64,000 nucleotides of DNA, from the NCBI GenBank assembly GCA_963814455.1, contig CAWFCR010000007.1, positions 1,865 to 65,864 of the forward strand. Reading direction: 5' to 3'. Made by a program: the position numbers and the translations under genes. The stretch comes from an uncultured Alphaproteobacteria bacterium (GTDB lineage: Bacteria > Pseudomonadota > Alphaproteobacteria > Rhizobiales > Aestuariivirgaceae). The notes under the pieces are model-generated. The model was given only the letters and a program-made list of their open reading frames with translations, made no database searches and was not told where the DNA came from. This document shows positions 1-10,770 of the stretch, piece after piece; position 1 is the first letter of the stretch; every line of letters starts with the position of its first letter.

Positions 1-551
1 GTGCGGCGGATGTCCGCCTCCGAATTGAGCCGGTAATGCGCCGGGAAAACATCTTCGGAGGGCCTCCCGCTGCCAAGCTTGGAGATGAGCAGGTTCTTGA
101 GGCTCTCCGGCACCAGATCATTGATCAGCGATGACCAGTAATACTTCGAAACAGTCGAATGCATGATGGTTCCGCCAGGCGCCAGGCACTCAAGCTGGGC
201 CGCGATGAAGCGCTGCGGATCATCAATATGCTCCACCACCATGTGGGAATAGATCAGGTCAAACTTCCGGCCTTCCGCAAGCCTTGGCAGGTCATAGGCC
301 GAGCCATGCGCGGCGCGGTTCAGAAACCTGTTGGTCAGCACGCGCTCATCAAGATCCAGCCCGAAGGTGAAGCGCGCCTTGGGGTAGAGCTGGTTCTGGA
401 AGCCGGAACCAGAGCCGGAGCCAATTTCGCAGATCGTCATTTCGGGCTTCGTCAGCTCCTGCACGGTTGCAAACCATGCATCGAAACTGGTGCCCGGATA
501 GAACCAGCTCCTGATCTTGCCGAGCTTTGCGTCTCTTGTCTGAACTGTCAT
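1..551 (-). CDS. Class I SAM-dependent methyltransferase (3' end runs off the window)
   Basis: Hand translation from ATG at 551: MTVQTRDAKLGKIRSWFYPG...ICEIGSGSG (motif I)...FDLIYSHMVVEHIDDP...LAPGG; no stop before base 1; absent from the ORF track because it is open-ended. Confidence 0.85.
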   Translation of the reverse strand, partial: MTVQTRDAKLGKIRSWFYPGTSFDAWFATVQELTKPEMTICEIGSGSGSGFQNQLYPKARFTFGLDLDERVLTNRFLNRAAHGSAYDLPRLAEGRKFDLIYSHMVVEHIDDPQRFIAAQLECLAPGGTIMHSTVSKYYWSSLINDLVPESLKNLLISKLGSGRPSEDVFPAHYRLNSEADIRR

Positions 552-740
552 GAAGGGGATGAAAACCTGTTTCATTGAGGAGCCAAAAGACCTCGTAACA
601 CGCTGTACACTCTTGCAAATTGGCATGCCAGTATTACCTTTTGTTGCAGGGATATTTCCAGTACAACCTGAAAATTGGGCCGGGGGCTGTTGTCGCCAGA
701 CACCCGGCTTATTGGGCACAGACCGGGGGAACCAAGCGGC

Positions 741-2570
741 ATGTGTGGCATAGCGGGGTATGTTTCGGACAAGCGGCCTTCCGGGCTGCGTTCGATCATC
801 CAGACGATGACTGAAGCCGTTAGCCACCGTGGACCGGATGGCCACGGGCTCTACATCTCTGGTGCAGTGGCGTTGGGGCACCGGCGCTTGTCGATCATTG
901 ACCTGTCAGATCTCGCCAGCCAGCCGATGACGGACAAGGCATCGGGCTGTGTGATCGTCTTCAACGGCGAAATCTACAACTACGTTGAACTCCGCCAGCA
1001 GCTTTCCGCTCTCGGCTGCAAGTTTGTTTCGAAGAGCGATACGGAAGTGATCCTCAAGGCCTACGGTCAATGGGGAGAGGACTGTGTGCGCCATTTCAAT
1101 GGCATGTGGTCGTTTGCCATCCACGACCCCCGCAGGAATATCATCTTCTGTTCGCGTGACAGGTTCGGGGAAAAGCCTTTCTATTATGCCGATCTTGGTC
1201 ATGCACTGGCCTTTGGCTCGGAAGCCCGCCAACTGCTGCCGCTGCTGCCCGCAATATCGGCGCATCGGGAAACGGTGCTGAATTTCATCCACCGGCGCAT
1301 CGCCGAGCCGCTTGAGCAGTCATTCTATGGCGGCGTGCGAAAGCTTGCCGCAGGGCATAATCTCACCATTGATATCGCGACGCGCCGCATCGACATCCGC
1401 CGCTATTACGAGATGGAGCTTGATGGCGATGCGGCTGCTCTTGGATTTGACGAGGCGCTTGAGCAATTTCTGCAACTGTTGACGGATTCGCTTCGCATCC
1501 GTTTGCGTTCTGACGTGCGCGTCGGCACCTGCCTCAGCGGCGGGCTGGATAGTTCAAGCATCGCATCGCTGGCCTCGCCCATTTACAATGCCGCAACTGG
1601 CCAGAAGTTTTCCGCCATCACCGCCATCAGCGAGGATGACGCGACCGACGAGTCAGCCTTTGCAAAGAAGGTCATCGACCGTTCCAGCCTCGATTGGCAC
1701 ACGGTGCGCCCCACATATGAAGATTTCCGGATGGTTCTCGATCAGGTTGTAAGTGCGCAGGAAGAACCATTCTCCTCGGCATCAGTTGTCATGCAGTATA
1801 TGGTCATGCGCGAAGCGCGCCGGCTCGGCATCCCGGTGCTGCTCGACGGGCAAGGGGGAGATGAGACACTGCTCGGCTACCATCGTTACTTTGCCACGCA
1901 ATTGCTGCAGCTGCTGCGCCAGGGCCGCTTTGGTGACGGCTTGCAGTTTGCCCGCAGTGTGGCGGCCAACGGCGGTGGCGGCGCAATCAGGCAGCTGTTC
2001 ATGGATGTCGCCTATTTTCATCTGCCAGGTGCGCGCCAACTTGCGCTGCGCCGGCAAAGCGCAATGTTCGAGCCAGGCCCGAAGCCAGTGCAGGCAGACC
2101 TTGGCTATCGCCAGTCCATCTTTCAGTTGCAGAAGGCGGAGATCGAAGCCACAAATCTTCCCGCACTCTTGCGCCATGAAGACAAGAATGCCATGTGGCA
2201 TTCGGTTGAAACCCGTCTTCCATTTCTGGATCACCGCCTGGTGCAGTTCGCAGCATCGGTGTCCACCTGCCACAAGTTGAAGGACGGCTGGGGAAAATTC
2301 CTCCTGCGCAAGGCCATGGATGGGAAAATGTCCGGCGACATTACCTGGCGAAAGGACAAGCTGGGGTTCGAAGCGCCGGAATCGAAATGGATGCTGCAGC
2401 ATCAGGCGGATGTGGAAAATGCCATCACGCAATGTCCGCTTGTCGCCAGCCTTGTCAGAAACTCCGTGCCGGTTGCAGCCATGCACGATAAAGTCAAACC
2501 CGGTTTGCGCTGGCGCCTGTATTCACTCGCGCTATGGGCAAAATCCTTCGGGGTAACAGATCTGTCGTGA
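741..2570 (+). CDS. asnB: Asparagine synthase (glutamine-hydrolysing) family amidotransferase, polysaccharide-locus type
   Basis: N-terminal MCGIAG (Ntn Cys), HRGPDG, LSGGLDSS, GQGGDE, RLPFLD; start moved to ATG 741. Confidence 0.92.
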   Translation: MCGIAGYVSDKRPSGLRSIIQTMTEAVSHRGPDGHGLYISGAVALGHRRLSIIDLSDLASQPMTDKASGCVIVFNGEIYNYVELRQQLSALGCKFVSKSDTEVILKAYGQWGEDCVRHFNGMWSFAIHDPRRNIIFCSRDRFGEKPFYYADLGHALAFGSEARQLLPLLPAISAHRETVLNFIHRRIAEPLEQSFYGGVRKLAAGHNLTIDIATRRIDIRRYYEMELDGDAAALGFDEALEQFLQLLTDSLRIRLRSDVRVGTCLSGGLDSSSIASLASPIYNAATGQKFSAITAISEDDATDESAFAKKVIDRSSLDWHTVRPTYEDFRMVLDQVVSAQEEPFSSASVVMQYMVMREARRLGIPVLLDGQGGDETLLGYHRYFATQLLQLLRQGRFGDGLQFARSVAANGGGGAIRQLFMDVAYFHLPGARQLALRRQSAMFEPGPKPVQADLGYRQSIFQLQKAEIEATNLPALLRHEDKNAMWHSVETRLPFLDHRLVQFAASVSTCHKLKDGWGKFLLRKAMDGKMSGDITWRKDKLGFEAPESKWMLQHQADVENAITQCPLVASLVRNSVPVAAMHDKVKPGLRWRLYSLALWAKSFGVTDLS

Positions 2571-3841
2571 CGTTCGACTATAAACCATACTTGTCGCTCG
2601 CCAGCGCCACGGCTGCTGGGCAGGCCGTTGTGCTGCTCGTGTCTCCCATCGTCACCAGGCTTTACACGCAGGAGCATTTTGGTGCGTTTAGCCTTTTGCT
2701 GGGCGCGGGCGCGCTCCTGGGTTCAATGGCGGCAGGGCGGCTTGAGCTAGCCATACCTGCAGCTCACACACCTCTTGCTGTCAGCCGCCGGTTTGTTCTC
2801 GGCGTCAGCTTCCTCGCCGGTTCAACGGCCCTGGCCGCGCTGGCAGTTGCCTTGTTGCGGCTGTTTGATCTCGTGCCGGGCGAAGTATGGAAGCCGCTGC
2901 CCCTGTTCACCATACCTCTTGTCTGTTGCGCCATTGCGCTGTCTCAACTCTCTGGCGCCTTGCTCCTCTGGCACAAGAATTACCGGACCTTCGGCTACAG
3001 CAAGATGACGCAAGGCATCACCACAGGTTTTTTTCAGATTGTGCTGGGCCTGCTGGCCCTAGGCTCCCCCGGTCTCGTCGTCGCGCAGCTTCTTGGCTAT
3101 CTGTTGGCGGCAACGGTTGGAGTGCGCAAGCTTCTGCCCGGTGTCATACAGGAAATCAGGACGCATGGCGCGGATCTGAAGAATACACTGATTGAAACGC
3201 GTCGCTATCCACTCATCATGGTGCCTTCTGCATTGCTCAATCAGGCATCCCAGCAATTGCCCCTGCTCGCCATCACCTACCTGTTCGGCCTGTTTGAAGC
3301 GGGCCTGTTCGCCCTTACCTACCGTATTTGCGCGGCGCCGCTTGGGCTCATCGGCCAATCGGTTGCGCAGGTCTATGCATCACAGTTTCGCGGCGTTGCC
3401 GCAGAAGGCGGAGGCGTGCTGGCTGTCCATCTACGCATGCTCACCGGCAGGCTGCTGATGGTCGGACTTGTGGCAGTGGCCATGCTTGTTATGGGGCTGA
3501 CGGTCGCTGACCGCGTCGGCCTGTTTGGCCCGGGCTGGGCTCGTTTTGGCGAGATTTCTCTCTATCTTGCGCCGATGTTCCTGCTTGATTTTGTGGTCTC
3601 TCCTCTCAGCACGACACTCGCCTACATCGGGCGGCAGCGCCTTCAGCTGATCTGGGATGCTGGCCGCTTCGCCGCCATTGCTGCCGCCTTTGCTGCCGCA
3701 GCTTCATTTGGAATGAGCTTTGAACGCACCTTGGTTTTCTATGCGCTCGTCTGGGCCATGGGGCAGGCCGTGCATTTTCTCTTGTCCTATAATGCCAGCC
3801 GCAATGGTCAACTAGTCAAGACCGGAGAACTCCTGCCATGA
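2567..3841 (+). CDS. Wzx-type oligosaccharide flippase
   Basis: About 12 hydrophobic segments; [14 protein letters not shown] and GRLELAI motifs typical of the polysaccharide flippase family; GTGA overlap with the asnB stop. Confidence 0.8.
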   Translation: MTFDYKPYLSLASATAAGQAVVLLVSPIVTRLYTQEHFGAFSLLLGAGALLGSMAAGRLELAIPAAHTPLAVSRRFVLGVSFLAGSTALAALAVALLRLFDLVPGEVWKPLPLFTIPLVCCAIALSQLSGALLLWHKNYRTFGYSKMTQGITTGFFQIVLGLLALGSPGLVVAQLLGYLLAATVGVRKLLPGVIQEIRTHGADLKNTLIETRRYPLIMVPSALLNQASQQLPLLAITYLFGLFEAGLFALTYRICAAPLGLIGQSVAQVYASQFRGVAAEGGGVLAVHLRMLTGRLLMVGLVAVAMLVMGLTVADRVGLFGPGWARFGEISLYLAPMFLLDFVVSPLSTTLAYIGRQRLQLIWDAGRFAAIAAAFAAAASFGMSFERTLVFYALVWAMGQAVHFLLSYNASRNGQLVKTGELLP

Positions 3842-4987
3842 GCACAACCAAGAAAATCCTCATGGTCTTCGGCACGCGTCCCGAAGCCATCAAGATGGCG
3901 CCGCTTTACCATGCGCTCAAGGCCGATACGGCGCGCTTTGAAACGCTGCTCTGCGTCACCGCCCAGCACCGCGAGATGCTGGATCAGGTGCTGTCTGTCT
4001 TCGGCGTCACCCCTGACATCGACCTCAACCTGATGAAGCAGGGTCAGGATCTCTTCGACGTCACCTCCGCCGTGCTGCTCGGCATGCGGGGCGTGCTGCG
4101 ACCAGCACAAGCCTGATGCCATGCTCGTGCATGGCGATACAACGACGGCGTTCGCATCGGCGCTGGCAGGCTTCTACTCCGGCGTCAAGGTTGGCCATGT
4201 CGAAGCGGGTCTCCGCACGCATGACATCCACGCGCCGTTCCCGGAAGAATTCAACCGGCAGATCACCGGCAAGCTGGCGCATTGGCATTTCGCGCCAACC
4301 GCGACGAGCCGCGCCAACCTGCTCAAGGAAGGCGTGCCGGAGGGCCGCATCACGGTGACCGGCAACACGGTGATCGATGCCCTGCACTGGGTGCTGGGCC
4401 GTATCGACAGGGAGCCGGAGCTTCGCGCCGCGCTGGATGCCAAGCTCGATGCGCTGCTGCCCTTTGCCTGGAAGAGCAAACGCCTCGTTCTCATCACTGG
4501 CCACCGGCGCGAAAACTTTGGCGATGGCTTCCTGCAGATCTGCGAAGCGCTGAAGCACCTGGCGGTGCGCTATCCGGACGTGCACTTTGTCTATCCGGTT
4601 CATCTCAATCCCAATGTGCGCCAACCGGTAGGTGCGGTGCTCTCAGGACTTGCCAACGTGCATCTCGTTGAACCGCTTACCTATGAGCCATTCGTTTACC
4701 TGCTGCGCCACTGCCACATCGTGCTGACTGATAGCGGCGGCCTGCAGGAAGAAGCGCCGGGGCTCGGCAAGCCGGTGCTGGTGATGCGCGATGTGACGGA
4801 GAGGCCTGAGGCAGTGGCGGCAGGCACGGTCAAGCTGGTGGGCGCCAACCGCGACCGCATTGTTGAAAATGTTGCGGCGCTGCTCGATAAGCCGTCAACT
4901 TACGCAGCGATGGCGCAGGCCAACAATCCTTACGGCGATGGCAAGGCCTGCCAGCGCATCATCGAGGTTCTGGGGACTATTGCATGA
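3838..4987 (+). CDS. wecB: UDP-N-acetylglucosamine 2-epimerase (non-hydrolysing), one frameshift near 4098
   Basis: [44 protein letters not shown]; removing one base near 4098 restores ...[15 protein letters not shown]. Confidence 0.92.
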
Positions 4988-6204
4988 AGAAATTGACGAT
5001 CTGCGTTGTAGGCCTTGGCTACATCGGCCTGCCGACAGCCGCGCTGCTTGCAAGCTCCGGCCACACGGTTGAAGGCGTTGATCTCAACGCCAAAACGGTT
5101 GAGACCATCAACCAGGGCCGCATCCACATCATCGAGCCGGATCTTGATGCCTTCGTGCGCTCGGCAGTTGCGGCAGGCCGCCTCAAGGCCAACCTGACGC
5201 CGCAAGCCGCAGACATCTTCATCATCTGCGTGCCGACGCCGTTCCATGCAGGCGATGGCATTCCGCAGCCGAACATCGACTATGTGGTGGCGGCCACGCG
5301 TTCAATCGCCAAATTGGTGAAGCCGGGAAATCTCGTCATCCTCGAATCGACATCGCCGGTCGGCACCACGCACCGCGTCAGCGAGGTGCTGGAAGAGGAG
5401 GGCGTTGATACCGCCGGCATCCATGTTGCCTACTGCCCGGAGCGCGTGCTGCCAGGCAAGATCATGGCGGAACTCGTTGGCAACGACCGTGTCATCGGCG
5501 GCACGACGCCGGAGGCAACGCGCGCCGTTTCCGAGTTTTACCGCAGCTTCGTGCGCGGCGCCGTGCTCGAAACCGATGCCAAGACAGCCGAAATGTGCAA
5601 GCTCACCGAGAACAGCTTCCGCGACGTCAACATCGCCTTCGCCAATGAACTGTCGCTCATCTGCGCGCGCGAAGGCATCAATGTCTGGAAGCTCATCCAG
5701 CTCGCCAACCGCCATCCGCGCGTCAACATCCTGCAGCCGGGCGCCGGCGTCGGCGGCCACTGCATCGCTGTTGACCCTTGGTTCATCGTGGCGCGCGACC
5801 CTGAGAACGCGCAACTCATCCGCTCGGCCCGCGAGATCAACAATCGCAAGACGGACTGGGTTGTCGACCAGATAAAGATTGCGGTGGCGGATGCTTCGGC
5901 CCGAACGGGCAAGAAGCCGAGGGTTGCCTGCCTCGGCCTTGCCTTCAAGCCGGATATCGACGACCTGCGCGAGTCTCCCGCTTGCCAGGTGGCGGAAAGC
6001 CTGCATGCGCAGGGCTACGAGGTGATGGCTGTCGAACCCAACATCGAAGAGCATGCAAGTCTGCAGCTCGCGAGCTTCGACCAGGCCTTGAAGGATGCCG
6101 ATGTCATCGCCACTCTTGTGCGCCACCGCCAGTTTCTGGAGCCCGCGGCGAAGCAGAGGTTGGCCGAGGCAAAAGTCCTGGATTTCGTCGGCTTGCTGTC
6201 TTAA
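4984..6204 (+). CDS. wecC: UDP-N-acetyl-D-mannosamine dehydrogenase
   Basis: GLGYIG, ESTSPVG, CPERVLPG, KLTENSFRDVNIAFANE, GVGGHCIAVDP, FKPDIDDLRESP; follows wecB. Confidence 0.93.
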   Translation: MKKLTICVVGLGYIGLPTAALLASSGHTVEGVDLNAKTVETINQGRIHIIEPDLDAFVRSAVAAGRLKANLTPQAADIFIICVPTPFHAGDGIPQPNIDYVVAATRSIAKLVKPGNLVILESTSPVGTTHRVSEVLEEEGVDTAGIHVAYCPERVLPGKIMAELVGNDRVIGGTTPEATRAVSEFYRSFVRGAVLETDAKTAEMCKLTENSFRDVNIAFANELSLICAREGINVWKLIQLANRHPRVNILQPGAGVGGHCIAVDPWFIVARDPENAQLIRSAREINNRKTDWVVDQIKIAVADASARTGKKPRVACLGLAFKPDIDDLRESPACQVAESLHAQGYEVMAVEPNIEEHASLQLASFDQALKDADVIATLVRHRQFLEPAAKQRLAEAKVLDFVGLLS

Positions 6205-6234
6205 CGCACCATGTCTTGCTGCTGATCCAAAAGT

Positions 6235-7524
6235 TCACATCGGATCAGTCACGATTTCCTTCAGCTTGTTGATGCCAAGCAGGTCCAACGTCAGTTTCTC
6301 GTAGAACGTCTCGCTGGTGCCGCGCCGCATCTTGTGGAGGAAGTACTTCTCGAAGGCGACTTTCGCGCCATGCACCCACTTGCCTGATGAAGACCAGTTG
6401 ACATTGCGCGGCGGAATTTGCGGCTGGGCGACAAATGCCACGCCGGAGTCTCCGAAGTCAGCAAGGCAGACAGCATTCCATGACGCCTGATGCCGTGGCT
6501 CTTCCCCGCGCAGCAGCAAGCCGATGTTTCCGGCTGTAGCAGTCACCATGGATTCGATCATGAACCCGGTCTTCGGCACGCCGCAAGGCACCGGCGTCGG
6601 ACCCGTTGGGGGAATGGCAACACACACACCGACCGCGAAGATGTTGCGGTACTTCGGATTGCGCTGATATTTGTCAACGATTGTGAAGCCGCGTGGATTG
6701 GACAGACCGTCAATGCCGCGCAGCGGTGCGATACCGCGGAATGCCGGCAACATCATTGAAAAGCCAAATGGAAGTTGGGTCTCCCCCTTTACTGTGCCGT
6801 CATCATTGATGCTCTCAACCGTCATCTTGCCAGCTTCAACTTTCTTGACGCGTGAACTGGTCAGCCATTTGATGTGGTGCTGGCGCATTTCACTTTCGAG
6901 AAGCCCCTTGGTGTCACCTACGCCATCAAGGCCAAGATGGCCAACATAGGGTTCGGCCGTAACAAACGTCATCGGCACCTTGTCCCTGATGCGGCGGCGG
7001 CGGAGTTCTGTCTCGACGATAAACATGAATTCGTAGGCCGGCCCGAAGCAGGATGCGCCTTGCACGGCGCCTATCACGACAGGTGCTGGATTTTTGCAGA
7101 ACTCTTCAAACGCCACCGCTGCCTTTTGCGCATGTGACACATGGCAGACGGACTGTGTGTGCCCTTCCGGCCCAAGACCGGCAATCTCGTCGAAGGCTAG
7201 CTCCGGCCCGGTTGCGATCACAAGATAGTCGTAGGTGACCGTTGTTCCATCCGCGAGTTCAATACTGTTGTGTTCGGGGTCAAGTTTCGTCGCCGCCACG
7301 GGTTTGAAGTTGATGCCCTTCCTGGCAAGCACCGGTGCAAGATCAATCTCTATTTCAGAAGGCTTGCGCCAGTTTACGGCAACCCAGGGATTTGACGGAA
7401 CGAAGTGATACTTCGGATCCTTGGTGATCACGGTAAGCGTGTCAACAGGCCGGAGCTTTTCCTTCAGCTCGTAAGCCATGATCGAGCCGCCAAGGCCCGC
7501 GCCCAATACTACAACATGTGACAT
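6235..7524 (-). CDS. sqr: Sulfide:quinone oxidoreductase, type I (SqrA)
   Basis: GAGLGG FAD motif, FVPSNPWVAV, conserved Cys in SVCH, SCFGPAYE and VCLADFG, PKTGFMIESM; closely resembles Rhodobacter Sqr. Confidence 0.93.
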   Translation of the reverse strand: MSHVVVLGAGLGGSIMAYELKEKLRPVDTLTVITKDPKYHFVPSNPWVAVNWRKPSEIEIDLAPVLARKGINFKPVAATKLDPEHNSIELADGTTVTYDYLVIATGPELAFDEIAGLGPEGHTQSVCHVSHAQKAAVAFEEFCKNPAPVVIGAVQGASCFGPAYEFMFIVETELRRRRIRDKVPMTFVTAEPYVGHLGLDGVGDTKGLLESEMRQHHIKWLTSSRVKKVEAGKMTVESINDDGTVKGETQLPFGFSMMLPAFRGIAPLRGIDGLSNPRGFTIVDKYQRNPKYRNIFAVGVCVAIPPTGPTPVPCGVPKTGFMIESMVTATAGNIGLLLRGEEPRHQASWNAVCLADFGDSGVAFVAQPQIPPRNVNWSSSGKWVHGAKVAFEKYFLHKMRRGTSETFYEKLTLDLLGINKLKEIVTDPM

Positions 7525-7539
7525 TTTATGATCCTCCGT

Positions 7540-10500
7540 TTATGCTTCCTCGATTGCTGCGGCGGGCTGCGGCTTGCGATAGCGCAGCACCATGTAAATG
7601 GCGGGAATTACCAGCACTGTCAGGGCAGTCGACGATGCTAGGCCGAACAAAAGCGAGATTGCAAGGCCCTGAAAAATGGGATCGGCGAGGATGACGACGG
7701 CGCCGATCATGGCCGCTATGGCGGTCAGCAGGATCGGCTTGAAGCGAATGGCACCGGCAGCGAGAAGCACTTCGCGCAAGTCAGACCCTTCCGTTCTCGT
7801 GTGCTTGACGAAATCCACGAGCAGGATGGAATTACGCACGATGATGCCCGCGAGGGCTATGAACCCGATCATCGACGTTGCCGTGAAGGCCGCCCCGTAG
7901 ATCCAATGCCCGAACATGATGCCAATGAAAGTGAGGGGAATTGGTGTCAGGATCACCAGCGGCACCTTGAACGAACCAAACTGCGCAACAACAAGGATAT
8001 AGATGCCCAGCAGGGCGACCATGAAGGCAGCCCCCATGTCGCGGAATGTCACCCACGTCACTTCCCATTCACCGTCCCAGAGTAGCACCGGCTTCGAGGA
8101 ATCGATGGGCTGGCCATGCAGCACAATCTCGGGCTTTGGCACATTGCCCCAGTCGATGCCGTCCAATACCTTGCCCACATCAATCATGCCATAAACAGGT
8201 GCCTCGAATGCGCCGGCCAATTCCGCGAGAACCATCTCGGCTGGCTTGCCGTTGTGGCGGAAAACGGGGAAGGAAGCTTCTTCCTGTTTGACTGAGACGA
8301 CATCGCCAAGTTCCACCACGCTTCGGCTGCCAGGCAAGGCGTTCGCAGGTACCGGAGTGGACAGGAGGGTTTCGTTGATGGCGCGCCCCGACTTCGGCAG
8401 GCCAAGCACAATCGGGATTGGCTGACGTCCGCCGCCGCGATGCGAATAACCAATGGTGTTCTGGCCCAGCAGGCTTTGCAACGTGCCATACACGTCGGCC
8501 TCTTCGACTTTGTGATACTCGAGATTGTCCTGGTCAATTACAACGCGCTTGCGCGGCGCGTTTTGACCGTAGCTGTCATCGATATCGACGACAAATGGAA
8601 CGTGGCCGAAGGCCTGCCTTACTTTCTCAGCCACAGCGCGCCGGGTTTCAGCGTCCGGACCATAGATCTCGGCGAGCAGCGTGGAGAGCACGGGCGGTCC
8701 AGGCGGTGGCTCTACAACCTTGAGAGAAGTGCCGGCCGGCAGCTGTACGGACTTCAGCATTTCACGCAGTTCAATGGCGATCTGATGGCTTGTCCGCTCG
8801 CGCTCTGACTTGCCGGCAAGCGTGAGCTGCAGGTCGCCAAGCTCCGGCGATTGGCGGATATAATAGTGCCGGACCAGGCCATTGAAATTGAACGGGGCGG
8901 CAGTGCCGGCATAGGTCTGGACAGATTTTACTTCCGGAATGGCCGTTGCCACCTTGGCGGCCTGCTGCAGGACATGGTTGGTGGCCTCTACTGACGAACC
9001 TTCTCGCAAGTCGACAACCACCTGGAGCTCGGACTTGTTGTCAAATGGCAATAGCTTGACGGTGACATCCTTGGTGTAAAACAGCACTAGCGAGCCCATC
9101 GTGACAACCCCGACAGCAACAAGAAAAAGCAGCGCACGTGCCTTGGTTTTCAGTACGGGCCGCGCAACGGCCAAATAAACCCGCCCGAACCATCCACCAT
9201 CGGCGCTTGCATGATGTTCATCATAGCCACCTGCTTGCCCCTTGCTGCCGAACTTCATCATCAGCCATGGTGTCACGATCACGGCGACAAAAAACGAAAA
9301 GATCATGGCAGCAGAGGCATTGGCCGGAATAGGGCTCATGTAGGGGCCCATCAAGCCGGAGACAAACAGCATGGGCAGCAGCGCCGCAACAACCGTAAGC
9401 GTTGCCACGATTGTCGGATTACCGACCTCCGCCACGGCGTCAACTGCCGCTGCAGAACGCGTGCGGCCATCCTTCATTGCCCAATGGCGCGCGATGTTCT
9501 CGATCACGACGATGGCATCATCAACCAGAATGCCGATGGAGAATATCAGAGCAAACAGGCTGACGCGGTTGAGGGTGTATCCCATGATGCGCGAAGCAAA
9601 CAGTGTGAGCAGAATGGTGACCGGGATGACGATTGCAACCACAATGGCTTCTCGCCAGCCAATGGCGAAGGCGACCAGGACAACGATTGAAACCGTGGCG
9701 AGGCCGAGATGGAACAGCAGCTCATTGGCCTTTTCATTGGCAGTCTCACCGTAGTTTCTGGTGACCTGGACGTCGAGGTCTTCTGGGAGCAGCGTTCCCT
9801 TGAGCTCCTCGAGGCGATGGATGATGGACTCGGCAATGACTACGGCGTTGGTGCCCGGCCTCTTGGCAAGGGCAAGCGACAAGGCGGGTACAGAAACGAT
9901 GCGATCGCCATCCCGCAAGATATTGCTGACGAGCCACTCGGCGTTGCCGGAGGACAGCAAAACGCGCGCAACATCGCGGACATAGACAGGCCTTCCATCG
10001 CGCGATGAGATCAGTATGTTTGAGATGTCTTCCGGGCTATGCAAAGTCCGGCCCGCTATCACGGTGATCTGCTTCCCGTCGCTTCGCACCTTGCCTGCAT
10101 CAAAAGACCGGTTGGCGCCGCCCAACTTTGCGGCCAGCTGCTGCAGCGTGATGCCGTAGAGCGATAGCTGTTCTGGATAGGGTTCAATGCGGATTTCTTC
10201 AGGCTGCTCGCCGACAATGTAGGATAGCCCGATGTCGTCGAGCTTCGACAGCTCCACCTGCAGTTCGCGGGCAACGCGAGACACGCCATTGGCATCCCAC
10301 CTTGCTGCATGCTCGGCCTTGGACGACAGGGTCACAACGACGATTGCGACATCGTCAATGCCGCGGCCAACGATCAGCGGCTCGGGAATGCCGACCGGGA
10401 TGCGGTCCATATTGGCTCGTATTTTCTCATGCACCCGCAAGATGGCGGCATCGGAGCTGGTGCCTACGACAAAGCGGGCGGTGACCAAGGCGCCATCATC

Positions 10501-10770
10501 GCGTGTCTGCGAATAAACATGTTCTACGCCATCGATGCTCTTGACGATTGTCTCCAGCGGTTCGGTGACCAACTTCACGGCATCTTCGGCCTTCAGGCCA
10601 TCGGCGCGCAACTGGATATCCACCATGGGAACAGATATCTGCGGCTCCTCTTCGCGTGGCAAAGTGATGAGAGCCACCAGGCCAACGATCAGCGACGCCA
10701 GCAAGAATAGCGGCGTTAGCGGGGATGCAATAAAACTTCGTGTGAGCCTGCCCGCGATTCCGAGCCTCAT
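7540..10770 (-). CDS. RND efflux permease (AcrB/AcrD/AcrF family)
   Basis: 1076 aa; LPREEEPQI, GILVDDAIVV (TM4 Asp pair), GIIVRNSILL, RFKPILLT. Confidence 0.93.
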   Translation of the reverse strand: MRLGIAGRLTRSFIASPLTPLFLLASLIVGLVALITLPREEEPQISVPMVDIQLRADGLKAEDAVKLVTEPLETIVKSIDGVEHVYSQTRDDGALVTARFVVGTSSDAAILRVHEKIRANMDRIPVGIPEPLIVGRGIDDVAIVVVTLSSKAEHAARWDANGVSRVARELQVELSKLDDIGLSYIVGEQPEEIRIEPYPEQLSLYGITLQQLAAKLGGANRSFDAGKVRSDGKQITVIAGRTLHSPEDISNILISSRDGRPVYVRDVARVLLSSGNAEWLVSNILRDGDRIVSVPALSLALAKRPGTNAVVIAESIIHRLEELKGTLLPEDLDVQVTRNYGETANEKANELLFHLGLATVSIVVLVAFAIGWREAIVVAIVIPVTILLTLFASRIMGYTLNRVSLFALIFSIGILVDDAIVVIENIARHWAMKDGRTRSAAAVDAVAEVGNPTIVATLTVVAALLPMLFVSGLMGPYMSPIPANASAAMIFSFFVAVIVTPWLMMKFGSKGQAGGYDEHHASADGGWFGRVYLAVARPVLKTKARALLFLVAVGVVTMGSLVLFYTKDVTVKLLPFDNKSELQVVVDLREGSSVEATNHVLQQAAKVATAIPEVKSVQTYAGTAAPFNFNGLVRHYYIRQSPELGDLQLTLAGKSERERTSHQIAIELREMLKSVQLPAGTSLKVVEPPPGPPVLSTLLAEIYGPDAETRRAVAEKVRQAFGHVPFVVDIDDSYGQNAPRKRVVIDQDNLEYHKVEEADVYGTLQSLLGQNTIGYSHRGGGRQPIPIVLGLPKSGRAINETLLSTPVPANALPGSRSVVELGDVVSVKQEEASFPVFRHNGKPAEMVLAELAGAFEAPVYGMIDVGKVLDGIDWGNVPKPEIVLHGQPIDSSKPVLLWDGEWEVTWVTFRDMGAAFMVALLGIYILVVAQFGSFKVPLVILTPIPLTFIGIMFGHWIYGAAFTATSMIGFIALAGIIVRNSILLVDFVKHTRTEGSDLREVLLAAGAIRFKPILLTAIAAMIGAVVILADPIFQGLAISLLFGLASSTALTVLVIPAIYMVLRYRKPQPAAAIEEA

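Noticed and set aside
610-632. Sigma54-like TGGCA..TTGC on the minus strand
   Set aside because: GG-to-GC spacing is 11 rather than the required 10
4090-4125. Programmed frameshifting or phase variation in wecB and the other split genes
   Set aside because: No slippery heptamers or long homopolymer tracts at the break points, which are scattered over unrelated genes
7540-10770. CusA/CzcA metal pump
   Set aside because: Heavy-metal-efflux motifs are not evident, and the neighbours are sulfur genes rather than metal chaperones or sensors
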